Assembly: GCF_058153355.1 (NCBI RefSeq)
Contig: NZ_CM177019.1
Length of the DNA stretch: 64,000 nucleotides
Direction: 5' to 3' (one strand)
The notes under the pieces were generated by a model. It was not told the origin of the DNA. It did not search any database and saw only the letters and a program-made list of their open reading frames with translations. The first letter of the stretch is position 1. Every line of letters begins with the position of its first letter. Positions 16,791-28,620 of the stretch are shown piece by piece. The position numbers were made by a program, and so were the translations under genes.

Positions 16791-16817
16791 AAGGCCATCC
16801 GTCAGGATGGCCTTTTT
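16791..16817 (+). terminator. rRNA operon intrinsic terminator
   Basis: AAGGCCATCC-GTCAGG-ATGGCCTT followed by TTTTT. Confidence 0.85.
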
Positions 16818-17102
16818 GCGCTGGTGCGGAAAAAATGCCGGATGCGACGCTGGCTGCATCTTATCCGTCCTACGCTCCCACATAAGCCAGATTCAACAGC
16901 GAATACGGCTTCCCCAACTTGCCCACTTCTATACGTCCTCCATACCTGAATTCTATACTGAAGATCCTCAATAACTATTCCCCTGCTAACTAAATTCATG
17001 GTTAAGGTTGCATAATTACATGCAACAAATGTATAACATTTTCTTTGCTAAAAAATAACGATAACCGATAAAGCATCGGATTACGGCAGGAGACATAATG
17101 GC

Positions 17103-18401
17103 ATGGCTGAAAGTACTGTAACGGCAGACAGCAAACTGACAAGTAGTGATACTCGTCGCCGCATTTGGGCAATTGTGGGGGCCTCTTCAGGTAATTTGGT
17201 CGAGTGGTTCGATTTCTATGTCTACTCGTTCTGTTCACTCTACTTCGCCCACATCTTCTTCCCTTCCGGGAACACGACGACTCAACTACTGCAAACAGCA
17301 GGTGTTTTTGCTGCGGGATTTCTGATGCGCCCAATAGGCGGTTGGCTATTTGGCCGCATAGCCGATAAACATGGTCGCAAAAAATCGATGCTATTATCGG
17401 TGTGTATGATGTGTTTCGGCTCACTGGTTATCGCCTGTTTGCCAGGCTACGAAACAATCGGTACCTGGGCTCCGGCATTATTGCTTCTCGCTCGTTTATT
17501 CCAGGGATTATCCGTTGGCGGAGAATATGGCACCAGCGCCACCTATATGAGTGAAGTTGCCGTTGAAGGGCGCAAAGGTTTTTACGCATCATTTCAGTAT
17601 GTGACGTTGATCGGCGGGCAACTGCTAGCTCTACTGGTTGTCGTGGTTTTACAACACACCATGGAAGACGCTGCACTCAGAGAGTGGGGATGGCGTATTC
17701 CTTTCGCGTTAGGAGCTGTGTTAGCTGTTGTGGCGTTGTGGTTACGTCGTCAGTTAGATGAAACTTCACAACAAGAAACACGCGCTTTAAAAGAAGCTGG
17801 ATCTCTAAAAGGATTATGGCGCAATCGCCGTGCATTCATCATGGTTCTCGGTTTTACCGCTGCGGGCTCCCTTTGTTTCTATACCTTCACCACTTATATG
17901 CAGAAGTATCTGGTAAATACTGCGGGAATGCATGCCAACGTGGCGAGTGGCATTATGACTGCCGCATTGTTTGTATTCATGCTTATTCAACCACTTATTG
18001 GCGTGCTGTCGGATAAGATTGGTCGTCGTACCTCAATGTTATGTTTCGGTTCTCTGGCAACCATTTTTACCGTTCCTATTCTCTCAGCATTGCAGAACGT
18101 TTCTTCGCCTTATGCCGCTTTTGGTCTAGTGATGTGCGCCCTGCTGATAGTGAGTTTTTATACTTCAATCAGTGGAATACTGAAGGCTGAAATGTTCCCG
18201 GCCCAGGTTCGCGCATTAGGCGTTGGTCTGTCATATGCGGTCGCCAATGCTATATTTGGTGGTTCGGCGGAGTACGTAGCGTTGTCACTGAAATCAATAG
18301 GAATGGAAACAGCCTTCTTCTGGTATGTGACCTTGATGGCCGTGGTGGCGTTTCTGGTTTCACTAACATTGCACCGTAAAGGAAAAGGGATGCGTCTTTA
18401 G
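17103..18401 (+). CDS. kgtP: Alpha-ketoglutarate permease (MFS)
   Basis: 432-aa ORF with multiple transmembrane segments, recognised as KgtP. Confidence 0.95.
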   Translation: MAESTVTADSKLTSSDTRRRIWAIVGASSGNLVEWFDFYVYSFCSLYFAHIFFPSGNTTTQLLQTAGVFAAGFLMRPIGGWLFGRIADKHGRKKSMLLSVCMMCFGSLVIACLPGYETIGTWAPALLLLARLFQGLSVGGEYGTSATYMSEVAVEGRKGFYASFQYVTLIGGQLLALLVVVVLQHTMEDAALREWGWRIPFALGAVLAVVALWLRRQLDETSQQETRALKEAGSLKGLWRNRRAFIMVLGFTAAGSLCFYTFTTYMQKYLVNTAGMHANVASGIMTAALFVFMLIQPLIGVLSDKIGRRTSMLCFGSLATIFTVPILSALQNVSSPYAAFGLVMCALLIVSFYTSISGILKAEMFPAQVRALGVGLSYAVANAIFGGSAEYVALSLKSIGMETAFFWYVTLMAVVAFLVSLTLHRKGKGMRL

Positions 18402-18721
18402 TGATGCGCCAGTTGCCAGACGGTATAGCCAGTAGTTGCACCGGCGACATCCCAGGTAAAATCTTTCCAGCTCCAGCCGCTCCCCTAGGGGCGGCTATCC
18501 CAAAGTTCTTTTGACGCGCCCAGCCCAACAGAGAACATCAGCCCGAAAGTGGCACTGCGATCGCGACTCATCCCCTGATGCTGTGCATATTCATTTCCGG
18601 CGGCGGAAAGCATCGCCGAGGCGATAAAGTGTTGAGCTTTATCCTGCCCGCTCCAGCTATCGTTAGCCATATGGCTGCATCCAGAAAGTAACAATAGCGA
18701 ACAGACAAAAAGAATACGCAA
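18398..18721 (-). pseudogene. yfiM: Lipoprotein YfiM interrupted by in-frame TAG at codon 79
   Basis: [18 protein letters not shown]... stops at TAG (18485-18487); same frame stays open 28 more codons ([28 protein letters not shown]) to TAA at 18398. Confidence 0.65.
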
Positions 18722-18765
18722 AACGTGGCCTCCAAAAACAAACCCCGTACAGGACGGGGTTGTGA

Positions 18766-20121
18766 TTACAGGATGCGGCTAATTAATCGGTCGATGCGGA
18801 TACGGCGCAAACGGCGAATGAGTTTACGAACCTTCACCGGATAATCGGCAATACTTTGCAGATCGCGATAGTGCTTAACGATGGTGGTATGCTCGCGGAT
18901 CAGCTCCAGTTCTTTCTCTCGCTGTGGCGCAAGCTCCAGTTGCGGATCGTGAATCAAAATAGCGTTTTCCAGATCCAGACGCCAGGCGCGCGGGTTCAGG
19001 TTATTACCGGTGAGCAACATCCACTTATCATCAACCCACATCCCTTTCAGGTGATAGGTGTTGTCGTCATCTTTCCATAACCGAACCACTAACTGGTCAG
19101 TGTTGACGTAATACTGTAAACGGCTCAGGAAACGACGCAGATTGATCTCATAGAGATAAGGCAATGCGCCAATTATCTTGAAAGGTTCATCTTCCGGAAT
19201 GTAGAAGTCATTCGCGGTTTTATCACCAACAATAATTTCGACCTTTTTCCCTTCGCGCAGCAACTGGATGATATTGCGCACAAGGATTGCTGGCAGGTTG
19301 AAGTATGGCGTACAGATGGTTAGTTTCTGCTCGGCACAAGGCATAAGGTGGAAAATGGTCTTGTTCAACAGACTCGATTTCCCCAGACCTACCAACGGCG
19401 TTACGGAAAGCTGATCGTTGTCAGCATCGCCCTGGAAATGATAAGCGGCATCACGCAGCTCCTGGCGGAACAGACGAATATCGTTCTTGATTTCCGGGCT
19501 TTTTGGCCGATTAACATCATCCAGACGATTAACGCCGCGGCCATTCATAATATTCTGTGTAACCCATTCAAACATAATGTCTGACATCTTACGGTTACGG
19601 ATCAGATGATAACGGTCGTAGCGATATTTATCGTGCTGATGCAGGTAAACATCGTTCAGGCTGGCACCGCTATAAAGTACGCTATCGTCGATGATAAAGC
19701 CTTTAAAGTGCAGAACACCAAGGGCCTCACGGGTATTGATTGGAACGCCATAAACTGGAACATCTACGCCCGGATTTTCCTGTGCCATGCGGCAGTACCA
19801 GTCAGCGTTAGTGTTAGATGCCGCAGCGCCAATGCGTCCACGTTGTGCACGATGCCAGTCGACCAGCACCCGTACATCCAGTTCCGGACGCTGCCGTTTA
19901 GCCTCATACAACGCGTTCAGAATGCCTTTGCCACCGTCATCCTGTTCGAGATACAGGGCGACAATGCAAATGCGCTGCTTCGCGCTGGCTATTTTTTCCA
20001 GCAGCGTCTCCCGGAAGTCGGCGGGAGCGTAAAAGAAATCGACATCATCAACTGATTGAGAAATCTTGGGTAGTTGGGCAAGGTGTTGTTGATGTTTATT
20101 ACGCTTAAATTTTGACAACAT
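18766..20121 (-). CDS. pssA: CDP-diacylglycerol-serine O-phosphatidyltransferase
   Basis: ORF trimmed to [12 protein letters not shown] start (451 aa); two PLD-type HxK motifs. Confidence 0.95.
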   Translation of the reverse strand: MLSKFKRNKHQQHLAQLPKISQSVDDVDFFYAPADFRETLLEKIASAKQRICIVALYLEQDDGGKGILNALYEAKRQRPELDVRVLVDWHRAQRGRIGAAASNTNADWYCRMAQENPGVDVPVYGVPINTREALGVLHFKGFIIDDSVLYSGASLNDVYLHQHDKYRYDRYHLIRNRKMSDIMFEWVTQNIMNGRGVNRLDDVNRPKSPEIKNDIRLFRQELRDAAYHFQGDADNDQLSVTPLVGLGKSSLLNKTIFHLMPCAEQKLTICTPYFNLPAILVRNIIQLLREGKKVEIIVGDKTANDFYIPEDEPFKIIGALPYLYEINLRRFLSRLQYYVNTDQLVVRLWKDDDNTYHLKGMWVDDKWMLLTGNNLNPRAWRLDLENAILIHDPQLELAPQREKELELIREHTTIVKHYRDLQSIADYPVKVRKLIRRLRRIRIDRLISRIL

Positions 20122-20234
20122 CACAGTGCATTTCTTCTCTGTTCATTGAAGGGTCCTCTGTGCAATGCAGACGACATAAGCGGGCAATAATAACACCAGT
20201 CCCGATTAAGTGGTCAACATTTCCAGTACCTTAC

Positions 20235-22895
20235 TCATGATTCCTCGCGTTGGGCAAGATTTAGCGTAAGCCCAACGATCCCCTCTTCGAGCTGGATATC
20301 AACGTTAAACCCGAGCTTGCGGGCCAGCGCCACCATGCCACGATTGTTTGGCATCGTAATACCATTCAGACGTTGCAGTCCGTGATCTCGCGTATAGGTA
20401 ATCAACTTTTCCATTAAGCGTCGACCTAAGCCTAACCCTTTGAGATCCGAGCGAACCAGCACGGCAAATTCGGCATCGATGTTATCAGGATCGGAGATCG
20501 CACGCGTGACGCCGAGGATCTCTTCCGTTTGATCAATACGTCGTACCGCTACAAATGCCATTTCCCGATCGTAGTCGATCTGCGTCATGTTGGCTAAATC
20601 TTCATGGGTAAATTCGTTGATCTCGCTAAAGTAGCGGTAATAAAGATCTTCTTTGGTGACTCGCGAAATGAACTGCTGAAGTTGTGGCTCATCTTCTGGC
20701 AAAATCGGGCGGAACAAGCAGCGTTCACCGTTTTTCAATTCTACCCACTCTTCCAGCTGATGTGGATAAGGGCGCACTGCCAGCCGGCTCTCGTTATCGC
20801 CTTCAAACGGCGCGATATCCAGCGTGACATCCAGCGCGGTAAATTCACTGCCAGAAGCCAGCAAAGGATGAATATCCAGACGTTGAATCTCCGGACAATC
20901 GACAATCAAGTTAGAAACCTGCACCAGTAACTGGCTTAATCCCGCCACATCCAGCGGGCGTAGCGCACTACGCGCACGAATCTTTTTACTTTTGATCCCC
21001 TGAATGACCAGATAACGTGCCAGGTTCATGTTCAGCGGCGGTAGTGCGACGACGGCTTGATCTTCAGGACGCCACTCCACACCGCCTTCGCCCAGCATGA
21101 TCAACGGTCCGAAAACCGGATCGTGCTCAACCACTACTCGCAACTCCTGAGCGCCAGCACGGTTAGCCATACTTTGTACCAACAGGCCGTGGATACGCGC
21201 CTGCGGCCAGGCCATTTTTACGCGATCGAAAATAGCATTTGCGGCTTGCTGGACTTCATTGGCTGTACGCAAGTAGAGCATGACGCCCTGAACTTCTGAT
21301 TTATGTGGAATATCCGGCGAGCGTAATTTTAGTGCCACCGGATAACCAATCTGTTCGGCAATATGCACAGCCTCGGTGCTGTCAGTGGCAATCCAGGTGG
21401 GAAGTGTGTTCATGCCGTACGCTTGCAGGATAGGCTGAACTTCATGGGTATCGAGCGAAGTAGCCCCTTCGACAATGGCCTGTTGCAACAGAAGATGCGC
21501 TTCTGCGGTATTAGAGGTCAGATTGCTGGGCAACGCCGGCGTTTCGCGTAGTTGCTTCTGATTACGCCGGTACTCCACCATATGCATAAAAGCGGTGATG
21601 GTTCCTTCCGGGGTGCGGTAGGTCGGCAGCCCGGCTTCGCTGAATAATCGTCGTGCCTCTTGCGAGGAGTGCTCGCCACACCAGTTCGTCAGCAGAGAAA
21701 CATACTTGCTGCGGGGATGATGCTTTACCGCTTCAATTAATGCATGCGCGCTTTCTGTTGCGGGAGCAGCGGCGCTGGGCGAATGAATAACCATCAGCGC
21801 ATCAAAATCCTGACTGTGGAGCAGAATATCCAGCGTTTTAATATAATGCTCGCTGCTGGCGTCATCGCGCAGATCGAGCGGGTTAGAGATTGCTACATGT
21901 TCTGGCAGCGTATCGCGTAGCTTCTGGCAGGTTTCTTCGCTTAGCGTTGCCAGCTTGCCATTGCGTGACCATAAGGCATCCAGCGCCAGCGCGGCAGGCG
22001 CGGCACCGTTGCTGATAATCATCAGCCGATCGCCACGCAGCGGGCGCATATGGCTAAGGGTTTCCACTGCCGAAAACAGTTCGTGGGTATCCTGTACCCG
22101 CAACAAACCGGCGCGCTGAATAGCTGCATCCCAGGCAGGATCCATTCCTGCAGTGGTGTTCAGTAGTCGTTGCGCAGCCGGGCTACGTCCACTTTTAATC
22201 ACCAGAATAGGTTTATTACGTGAGGCGCTACGTGCAGCCGAAACAAAACGTCGCGCATCACTTAATTGTTCGAGGTAGAGCAGGATTGCACTGGTTTTGC
22301 TGTCGCGCGCCAGATAATCGAGCAATTCATCAACGTCGATATCCAGGCTGTCGCCGAGAGCAATAAAGTAGGAAAAGCCCATTTCCCGCTGTTGTGCCCA
22401 GTCGAGGATGGTATTGGAGACGGCGGCAGACTGCGAAATAAACGCCAGTTTGCCGCGTTTAATCGGTACAGGCGAAAAGCTGGCATTCAGGCCTTGCCAG
22501 GGGGCCAGTAATCCCAGACTGTTTGGCCCCAGCAGACGCATGTTATGGCGCAGGGCGCAGGCGCGGAGATCTTCGTGTTGCGATGCCGGGGCGGAAAGAA
22601 TAATGCAGGTTTTACAGCCTTTCTCGCCGAGCTCTTCCAGAAGCGCCAGATTGCGGCTGGCATTGGTACACAGTACAGCAAGGTCGGGTGTAAATGGCAG
22701 ACTGGCGATATCCGGCCAGGCCAACACACCCAACACCGCTTTCCAGGCTGGCGTCACCGGTAACACCGGTCCGTTAAAGCCTCCCGCCAGCAGGTTACGC
22801 ATCATCAGGTAACCAGCGCGATTAGGTTTCATCGATGCGCCAATTACCGCTATTGATTTTGGTCGCAGTAGTGCTTCCAGTCCTCGCTGACTCAT
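20235..22895 (-). CDS. patZ: Protein lysine acetyltransferase (CoA-binding + GNAT domains)
   Basis: 886-aa ORF recognised as YfiQ/Pka/PatZ. Confidence 0.93.
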   Translation of the reverse strand: MSQRGLEALLRPKSIAVIGASMKPNRAGYLMMRNLLAGGFNGPVLPVTPAWKAVLGVLAWPDIASLPFTPDLAVLCTNASRNLALLEELGEKGCKTCIILSAPASQHEDLRACALRHNMRLLGPNSLGLLAPWQGLNASFSPVPIKRGKLAFISQSAAVSNTILDWAQQREMGFSYFIALGDSLDIDVDELLDYLARDSKTSAILLYLEQLSDARRFVSAARSASRNKPILVIKSGRSPAAQRLLNTTAGMDPAWDAAIQRAGLLRVQDTHELFSAVETLSHMRPLRGDRLMIISNGAAPAALALDALWSRNGKLATLSEETCQKLRDTLPEHVAISNPLDLRDDASSEHYIKTLDILLHSQDFDALMVIHSPSAAAPATESAHALIEAVKHHPRSKYVSLLTNWCGEHSSQEARRLFSEAGLPTYRTPEGTITAFMHMVEYRRNQKQLRETPALPSNLTSNTAEAHLLLQQAIVEGATSLDTHEVQPILQAYGMNTLPTWIATDSTEAVHIAEQIGYPVALKLRSPDIPHKSEVQGVMLYLRTANEVQQAANAIFDRVKMAWPQARIHGLLVQSMANRAGAQELRVVVEHDPVFGPLIMLGEGGVEWRPEDQAVVALPPLNMNLARYLVIQGIKSKKIRARSALRPLDVAGLSQLLVQVSNLIVDCPEIQRLDIHPLLASGSEFTALDVTLDIAPFEGDNESRLAVRPYPHQLEEWVELKNGERCLFRPILPEDEPQLQQFISRVTKEDLYYRYFSEINEFTHEDLANMTQIDYDREMAFVAVRRIDQTEEILGVTRAISDPDNIDAEFAVLVRSDLKGLGLGRRLMEKLITYTRDHGLQRLNGITMPNNRGMVALARKLGFNVDIQLEEGIVGLTLNLAQREES

Positions 22896-22926
22896 ACCAG
22901 CCTCCCGCAGAAGTGACTGAATGATT

Positions 22927-23625
22927 TTAAATGCTTTCTAACTGTTCTGCTGTGATGCTACCCAGATGTTGCGTTTTTCCTGCCAGATAGCGTGTTTTAA
23001 AGCGAGTGAAATGCTCGCCTAAGCTAGCCGCAGCTCCAGTATCGCCGGCCATATCTAACAGTGCGATGGCTACCTCGGCAGTACAATATTGGCCTTCAGC
23101 CTGGGCTTCACGCAGGCGATAGGCAGAAAGCCGGGAAAGATCGACGGAAATGACGGGAAGATTATCCAGATACGGACTTTTACGAAACATCTTGCGAGCT
23201 TCAGGCCAGGTACCATCGAGCATGATAAATAGCGGAGGCTTACCGGCAGGTGGTGTGAAGATCACTTCCCGTTGCTCATCAGCATACGAGGCGGGAAAGA
23301 CCACCATTGGCTGATAGTCCGGGTTTTGTACCAGATCCAGCAAATCTAGCGAGGGTTCGGTACGCGACCATTGAAACGCAACGGTATCAGGCAAAATATC
23401 AGCAATCAGACGCCCGGTATTACTGGGCTTCATTGGCTCGGTGTCGAACATCAGCAAACAGAAGCGACTTTTTGCTTGTGCTGGGGTAATTGTCGAACAG
23501 AGACATAATTTCTCTGGTAAAAGGCAGCGTTGGCAGCGACGAACGCGATTACCGCGGGCAAGAAAAGGACGTGTTGCGCGCGCAATACGCTCGGCGCGTA
23601 ACTGGAGAACAGCGTTTTCGGTCAT
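22927..23625 (-). CDS. yfiP: DTW-domain tRNA aminocarboxypropyltransferase
   Basis: 232-aa ORF with CxxC..C cluster and DGTW motif. Confidence 0.9.
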   Translation of the reverse strand: MTENAVLQLRAERIARATRPFLARGNRVRRCQRCLLPEKLCLCSTITPAQAKSRFCLLMFDTEPMKPSNTGRLIADILPDTVAFQWSRTEPSLDLLDLVQNPDYQPMVVFPASYADEQREVIFTPPAGKPPLFIMLDGTWPEARKMFRKSPYLDNLPVISVDLSRLSAYRLREAQAEGQYCTAEVAIALLDMAGDTGAAASLGEHFTRFKTRYLAGKTQHLGSITAEQLESI

Positions 23626-23694
23626 AAGAGAGCGTCGAAAAAAACGCCATTGTCGCAGAGGAGAAAACGGGGCACAAGATGCACCCCGACAAGA

Positions 23695-24114
23695 TTAAAG
23701 CGATTCGTTCAGCCAGCTATCGAAAGGTGCTTTTGGTACTGCGCCATTAAGCATGTCGACAACCTGACCGTTTTTGAAAATCATGATTGTCGGAATGCTA
23801 CGAATACCAAAGCGGCTGCTTAATTCACGTTCAGCTTCGGTATTCACTTTCACAAAGCGCACTTTACCGCTACGCTCTTGCGCAACATCTTCAAAAATTG
23901 GTGCGAAATTACGGCAGGGGCCGCACCACGGTGCCCAGAAGTCGATCACCACAGGCAGATCATCTTTCAGCAATTTATCGAGCGTTTCACCGGTCGCATT
24001 AATCACCTCTCCGTCAAACAAGTCGTGACCGCAGCGTCCGCATTTTGCCGCATCTTCGATCCGATCGTCGGGAATGCGATTGATGGCCTGACAATGGGTA
24101 CAAACGGTATTCAT
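23695..24114 (-). CDS. trxC: Thioredoxin 2
   Basis: 139-aa ORF with N-terminal zinc-binding CxxC pairs and WCGPC active site. Confidence 0.95.
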
Positions 24115-24320
24115 AACTAACCTCGGGATGAGTAAGGAGACTTATCGGCAACGACGCCGGTATGTTTCTAATATGTTACATATTATCGGGGACATTGTTC
24201 CAGACAACAATCTGTTTTATTCAATAGGTATGATAGTCGCAGGCTTTGGTACGAAATCATGGCGAACCGCGCGCACTTCGGGTAATCTGCGCGCTTCGCG
24301 CAGCGCTGGTGGAGAAAAGC

Positions 24321-25358
24321 ATGAACGATGAGATGAAAGGTAAAAGCGGCAAGGTCAAAGTGATGTATGTCCGCAGTGATGATGATTCTGATAAACGTAC
24401 CCACAACCCGCGTACCGGGAAAGGGGGCGGGCGTCCAGGAAAATCTCGTGCTGACGGTGGCCGTCGCCCCGCCCGCGATGACAAACAAAGTCAGCCCCGT
24501 GACCGCAAGTGGGAAGAGTCTCCGTGGCGCACGGTTTCCCGCGCACCGGGTGATGAGACGCCGGAAAAGGCCGATCACGGTGGCATCAGTGGTAAAAGTT
24601 TTATTGATCCGGAAGTTTTGCGTCGTCAGCGTGCGGAAGAAACCCGCGTCTACGGCGAAAACGCCTGTCAGGCACTGTTCCAGAGCCGCCCCGAAGCGAT
24701 TGTTCGCGCCTGGTTTATTCAGAGCGTAACGCCACGTTTTAAAGAAGCATTGCGCTGGATGGCGGCAAACCGCAAAGCGTATCATGTGGTGGATGAAGCG
24801 GAACTGACCAAAGCGTCAGGCACGGAACATCACGGCGGCGTTTGCTTCCTGATCAAAAAGCGTAACGGTACAACCGTGCAGCAGTGGGTAAGTCAGGCAG
24901 GTGCGCAGGATTGTGTACTGGCACTGGAAAACGAATCTAACCCGCATAACCTGGGCGGCATGATGCGCAGTTGCGCACACTTCGGCGTGAAAGGCGTTGT
25001 GGTGCAGGATGCGGCGTTGCTGGAATCCGGTGCGGCTATCCGTACCGCAGAAGGCGGTGCAGAGCATGTCCAGCCGATTACTGGCGACAACATTGTTAAC
25101 GTGCTGGATGACTTCCGCCAGGCGGGTTACACCGTAGTGACCACCTCCAGCGAGCAGGGTAAACCGCTGTTCAAAACCAGTCTGCCAGAGAAAATGGTGC
25201 TGGTGCTGGGTCAGGAATATGAAGGGTTACCGGATGCCGCACGCGATCCGAACGATTTGCGCGTGAAGATTGACGGAACTGGGAATGTTGCCGGGCTGAA
25301 TATCTCTGTTGCAACCGGCGTTTTGCTTGGCGAATGGTGGCGTCAGAACAAAGCCTGA
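24321..25358 (+). CDS. yfiF: SpoU-family RNA methyltransferase YfiF
   Basis: ORF 24246..25358 trimmed to [12 protein letters not shown] start after GGAGAA SD (345 aa). Confidence 0.9.
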   Translation: MNDEMKGKSGKVKVMYVRSDDDSDKRTHNPRTGKGGGRPGKSRADGGRRPARDDKQSQPRDRKWEESPWRTVSRAPGDETPEKADHGGISGKSFIDPEVLRRQRAEETRVYGENACQALFQSRPEAIVRAWFIQSVTPRFKEALRWMAANRKAYHVVDEAELTKASGTEHHGGVCFLIKKRNGTTVQQWVSQAGAQDCVLALENESNPHNLGGMMRSCAHFGVKGVVVQDAALLESGAAIRTAEGGAEHVQPITGDNIVNVLDDFRQAGYTVVTTSSEQGKPLFKTSLPEKMVLVLGQEYEGLPDAARDPNDLRVKIDGTGNVAGLNISVATGVLLGEWWRQNKA

Positions 25359-25405
25359 TAAATCAGCCGGGTGGCAATTCTGCCATCCGGCGTTTTCCCT
25401 CAAAT

Positions 25406-26095
25406 TTACTCACTCTCTGCCGGTAATACTGGCATCCAGTCAATCGGTTTCTCGCCACGTTGTTCCAGCCACTGATTTGCCAGCACAAAATGATTGCAGC
25501 CAAAGAATCCACGATGTGCAGAAAGCGGCGATGGATGCGGCGCTTTCAGTACGTGATGGCGTTGCTTATCTATAATCGCCCCTTTCTTTTGCGCATGTGA
25601 TCCCCACAACAAAAACACCACGCCTTCGCGGTGCTGGTTAATCAGGCTGATGACTTTGTCGGTGAAGGTCTCCCAACCGAGGCTGGCGTGGGAATGCGCC
25701 TGACCTGCGCGAACCGTCAAGACGGTATTGAGCAGCAAAACGCCCTGACGCGCCCAGCTCTCAAGATAACCATGACCAGGGCGGGTAAAGCCGGGAATGG
25801 TATTTTCCAACTCTTTATACATATTCAGTAATGACGGAGGAATAGCGATTCCGGGACGAACAGAAAATGCCAGACCATGCGCTTGTCCGGGGCCATGATA
25901 GGGGTCCTGACCGAGGATCACGACTTTGACATCGCCCAACTCGGTAAAGCGAAAGGCGTTAAAGACATCTTTTTGTGGTGGATAGATAGTGATGCCGGAC
26001 TGCCGCTCGCTGGCGACGGTTTGAAGGGTATTAAGGAAATAGGGTTGCTGCTTCTCTTCAGCCAGCACGTCATGCCAGGTTAATTCGTTAGCCAT
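25406..26095 (-). CDS. ung: Uracil-DNA glycosylase
   Basis: 229-aa ORF with GQDPYH active-site motif. Confidence 0.97.
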   Translation of the reverse strand: MANELTWHDVLAEEKQQPYFLNTLQTVASERQSGITIYPPQKDVFNAFRFTELGDVKVVILGQDPYHGPGQAHGLAFSVRPGIAIPPSLLNMYKELENTIPGFTRPGHGYLESWARQGVLLLNTVLTVRAGQAHSHASLGWETFTDKVISLINQHREGVVFLLWGSHAQKKGAIIDKQRHHVLKAPHPSPLSAHRGFFGCNHFVLANQWLEQRGEKPIDWMPVLPAESE

Positions 26096-26399
26096 CTCGC
26101 TCTCCTGCGAATCTTCAATCCGCCTAGCTTAACTGCTTCTTTCTACAGAACAAAACCAGGCTCGTTTTTTAGCCAAAAACACGTGAAAAAAAATGTAAAT
26201 TGGTAAAATTTCACACCCGTATAAGTTGATGTAAAACAATAAAATCCATTTGCGACCACACTTGATGCGTGGTTTTTATTGATTTAAATCAAAGAATCAA
26301 GGGTGTTTGAGGAGTATATATACACTCAAGCAACAATGGTTTTACCAATTGGCCGCGACAGGCTAATCAAATCAAATAATTTTGCCGGGGAGGCATCAC

Positions 26400-26783
26400 A
26401 TGATTACAGGTATCCAGATTACTAAAGCTGCTAATGACGATCTGCTGAACTCTTTCTGGCTGCTGGACAGCGAAAAAGGCGAAGCGCGTTGCATCGTTGC
26501 GAAAGCAGGTTTTGCAGAAGACGAAGTGGTTGCAGTAAGCAAACTGGGTGACATTGAATACCGTGAAGTTCCAGTAGAAGTTAAACCAGAAGTTCGCGTT
26601 GAAGGTGGTCAGCACCTGAACGTAAACGTTCTGCGTCGTGAAACTCTGGAAGATGCAGTTAAGCATCCGGAAAAATATCCGCAGCTGACCATCCGTGTAT
26701 CCGGTTATGCAGTTCGCTTTAACTCTCTGACTCCGGAACAGCAGCGCGATGTTATTGCTCGTACCTTTACTGAAAGCCTGTAA
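26400..26783 (+). CDS. grcA: Autonomous glycyl radical cofactor
   Basis: ORF trimmed to [12 protein letters not shown] start (127 aa); RVSGYAV glycyl-radical motif. Confidence 0.95.
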
Positions 26784-26838
26784 GGTTTAAGTAGCAAGTT
26801 ACTAAGCGGAAGAGGGCGACCTCTTCCGCTTTTTTTCA

Positions 26839-27426
26839 TTAACAGAAAATGCGCACTGCGCAATAGACCAGCAACAACGCCAGCACGATATTTAACTGGC
26901 GACCATACTGGCGAAACAATCGCTGAAACAGATGCCCCGCCAGCGCCCAGCACACATTGCCAAAGGTCCCAATCATTGCCAGCAAAACGCTGACGCCAAT
27001 CACCCAGCTTAACGCCTGCGTTTGTGGCAGGACAAATGTCGACAGTGCTGTAATGCCGTACAAAATAATTTTGACGTTCACAAACTGCAAAGCAAAGCTG
27101 GCCCAGAAGCTGATCGGTTTGGCCTGAAGTCCGTCTTCCTTAGTTGGACTGGTAGCGATTTTCCATGCCAGCCAGACAATATATGCTGCTCCTGCCCAAC
27201 TCAAAAGGTGCACCGCTGCCGGGTCGATAACAGCCAGTGAAAATGAAATTCCTGCACACAGTAACATCACAATCAAAAATCCCAGACTCATCCCTGCCAG
27301 CACGCGGGTACTCCGACGAAATCCATGCGACGTGGCAGAGCTAAGAGCGAGTATATTGTTTGGTCCTGGCGTCAGGGCGGTAATCAGGGTGTAGGTCCAA
27401 AAAGCACTTAAAAGGGTCGGTGTCAC
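26839..27426 (-). CDS. eamB: Cysteine/O-acetylserine exporter (LysE/RhtB family)
   Basis: 195-aa hydrophobic ORF recognised as YfiK/EamB. Confidence 0.9.
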   Translation of the reverse strand: MTPTLLSAFWTYTLITALTPGPNNILALSSATSHGFRRSTRVLAGMSLGFLIVMLLCAGISFSLAVIDPAAVHLLSWAGAAYIVWLAWKIATSPTKEDGLQAKPISFWASFALQFVNVKIILYGITALSTFVLPQTQALSWVIGVSVLLAMIGTFGNVCWALAGHLFQRLFRQYGRQLNIVLALLLVYCAVRIFC

Positions 27427-27483
27427 TTGTTATCTCCTCTGTTTTGGTAGACAGTACCCGACACGAAACATTTAAAAAAATGA

Positions 27484-28410
27484 ATGTTTTCACATTCTAA
27501 ATTCGATATTTTCGATAGGTTTGGAGTTATTGATCTGCGCCGTTTTATTACGCTTAAAACCGTGGTGGAAGAGGGTTCCTTTTTGCGAGCTTCGCAAAAA
27601 TTGTGTTGCACACAATCGACGGTGACTTTTCATATTCAACAGCTTGAACAGGAGTTCTCAGTACAATTGTTTGAGAAAATTGGCCGACGGATGTGCCTCA
27701 CTCGCGAAGGCAAAAAGTTGCTGCCGCACATCTATGAACTCACCAGAGTGATGGATACGCTTCGTGAGGCTGCCAAAAAAGAGTCTGATCCGGACGGAGA
27801 ACTGCGCGTTGTTTCAGGCGAAACGCTGCTCTCTTACCGAATGCCGCAGGTGTTGCAGCGTTTTCGGCAACGTGCACCAAAAGTGCGTTTATCACTGCAG
27901 TCGCTGAACTGTTACGTGATCCGTGATGCTCTACTGAATGATGAGGCCGACGTCGGTGTTTTTTATCGCGTAGGAAATGATGATGCTCTGAATCGACGAG
28001 AATTGGGTGAACAATCGCTGGTGCTGGTGGCTTCACCGCAAATTGCAGATGTCGATTTTACCCAGCCGGGAAGACATAACGCCTGTAGTTTTATTATCAA
28101 CGAACCGCAATGTGTCTTCCGGCAGATATTTGAGAGCACGCTGCGCCAGCGGCGGATCACGGTGGAAAATACCATTGAGCTTATAAGTATCGAAAGCATA
28201 AAGCGTTGTGTCGCGGCGAATATCGGAGTTAGCTATCTGCCGCGTTTTGCGGTGGCAAAAGAGTTGGAGTGCGGAGAATTAATCGAATTGCCTTTTGGCG
28301 AACAGTCGCAGACCATTACGGCAATGTGCGCTCACCATGCCGGGAAAGCGGTTAGCCCGGCGATGCACACTTTTATTCAGTGTGTTGAAGAGTGTTTTTT
28401 GCCGGGATAA
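27484..28410 (+). CDS. yfiE: LysR-family transcriptional regulator YfiE (start codon uncertain)
   Basis: N-terminal HTH LRASQKLCCTQSTVTFHIQQLE; first ATG lacks a clear SD, so the true start may be downstream. Confidence 0.85.
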   Translation: MFSHSKFDIFDRFGVIDLRRFITLKTVVEEGSFLRASQKLCCTQSTVTFHIQQLEQEFSVQLFEKIGRRMCLTREGKKLLPHIYELTRVMDTLREAAKKESDPDGELRVVSGETLLSYRMPQVLQRFRQRAPKVRLSLQSLNCYVIRDALLNDEADVGVFYRVGNDDALNRRELGEQSLVLVASPQIADVDFTQPGRHNACSFIINEPQCVFRQIFESTLRQRRITVENTIELISIESIKRCVAANIGVSYLPRFAVAKELECGELIELPFGEQSQTITAMCAHHAGKAVSPAMHTFIQCVEECFLPG

Positions 28411-28620
28411 AAATAATGCCGGGCTTAAACCCGGCACCCAACTTGTCGACGAAGTGCGTTTTGTTCATGCCGGATGCGGCGTGAACGCCTTATCCGGCCT
28501 ACAAGATCGTGCAAATTCAATATATTGCATGAGCCATGTAGGCCTGATAAGCGTAGCGCATCAGGCAGTTTTGCGTTTGCCAGCACTTTTAATTCCGGGC
28601 TTAAACCCGGAATTAAGATC
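28411..28620. repeat. REP/BIME-type extragenic palindromes
   Basis: GCCGGATGCGGCGTGAACGCCTTATCCGGCCTAC and inverted copy, flanked by GCCGGGCTTAAACCCGGC hairpins. Confidence 0.7.
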
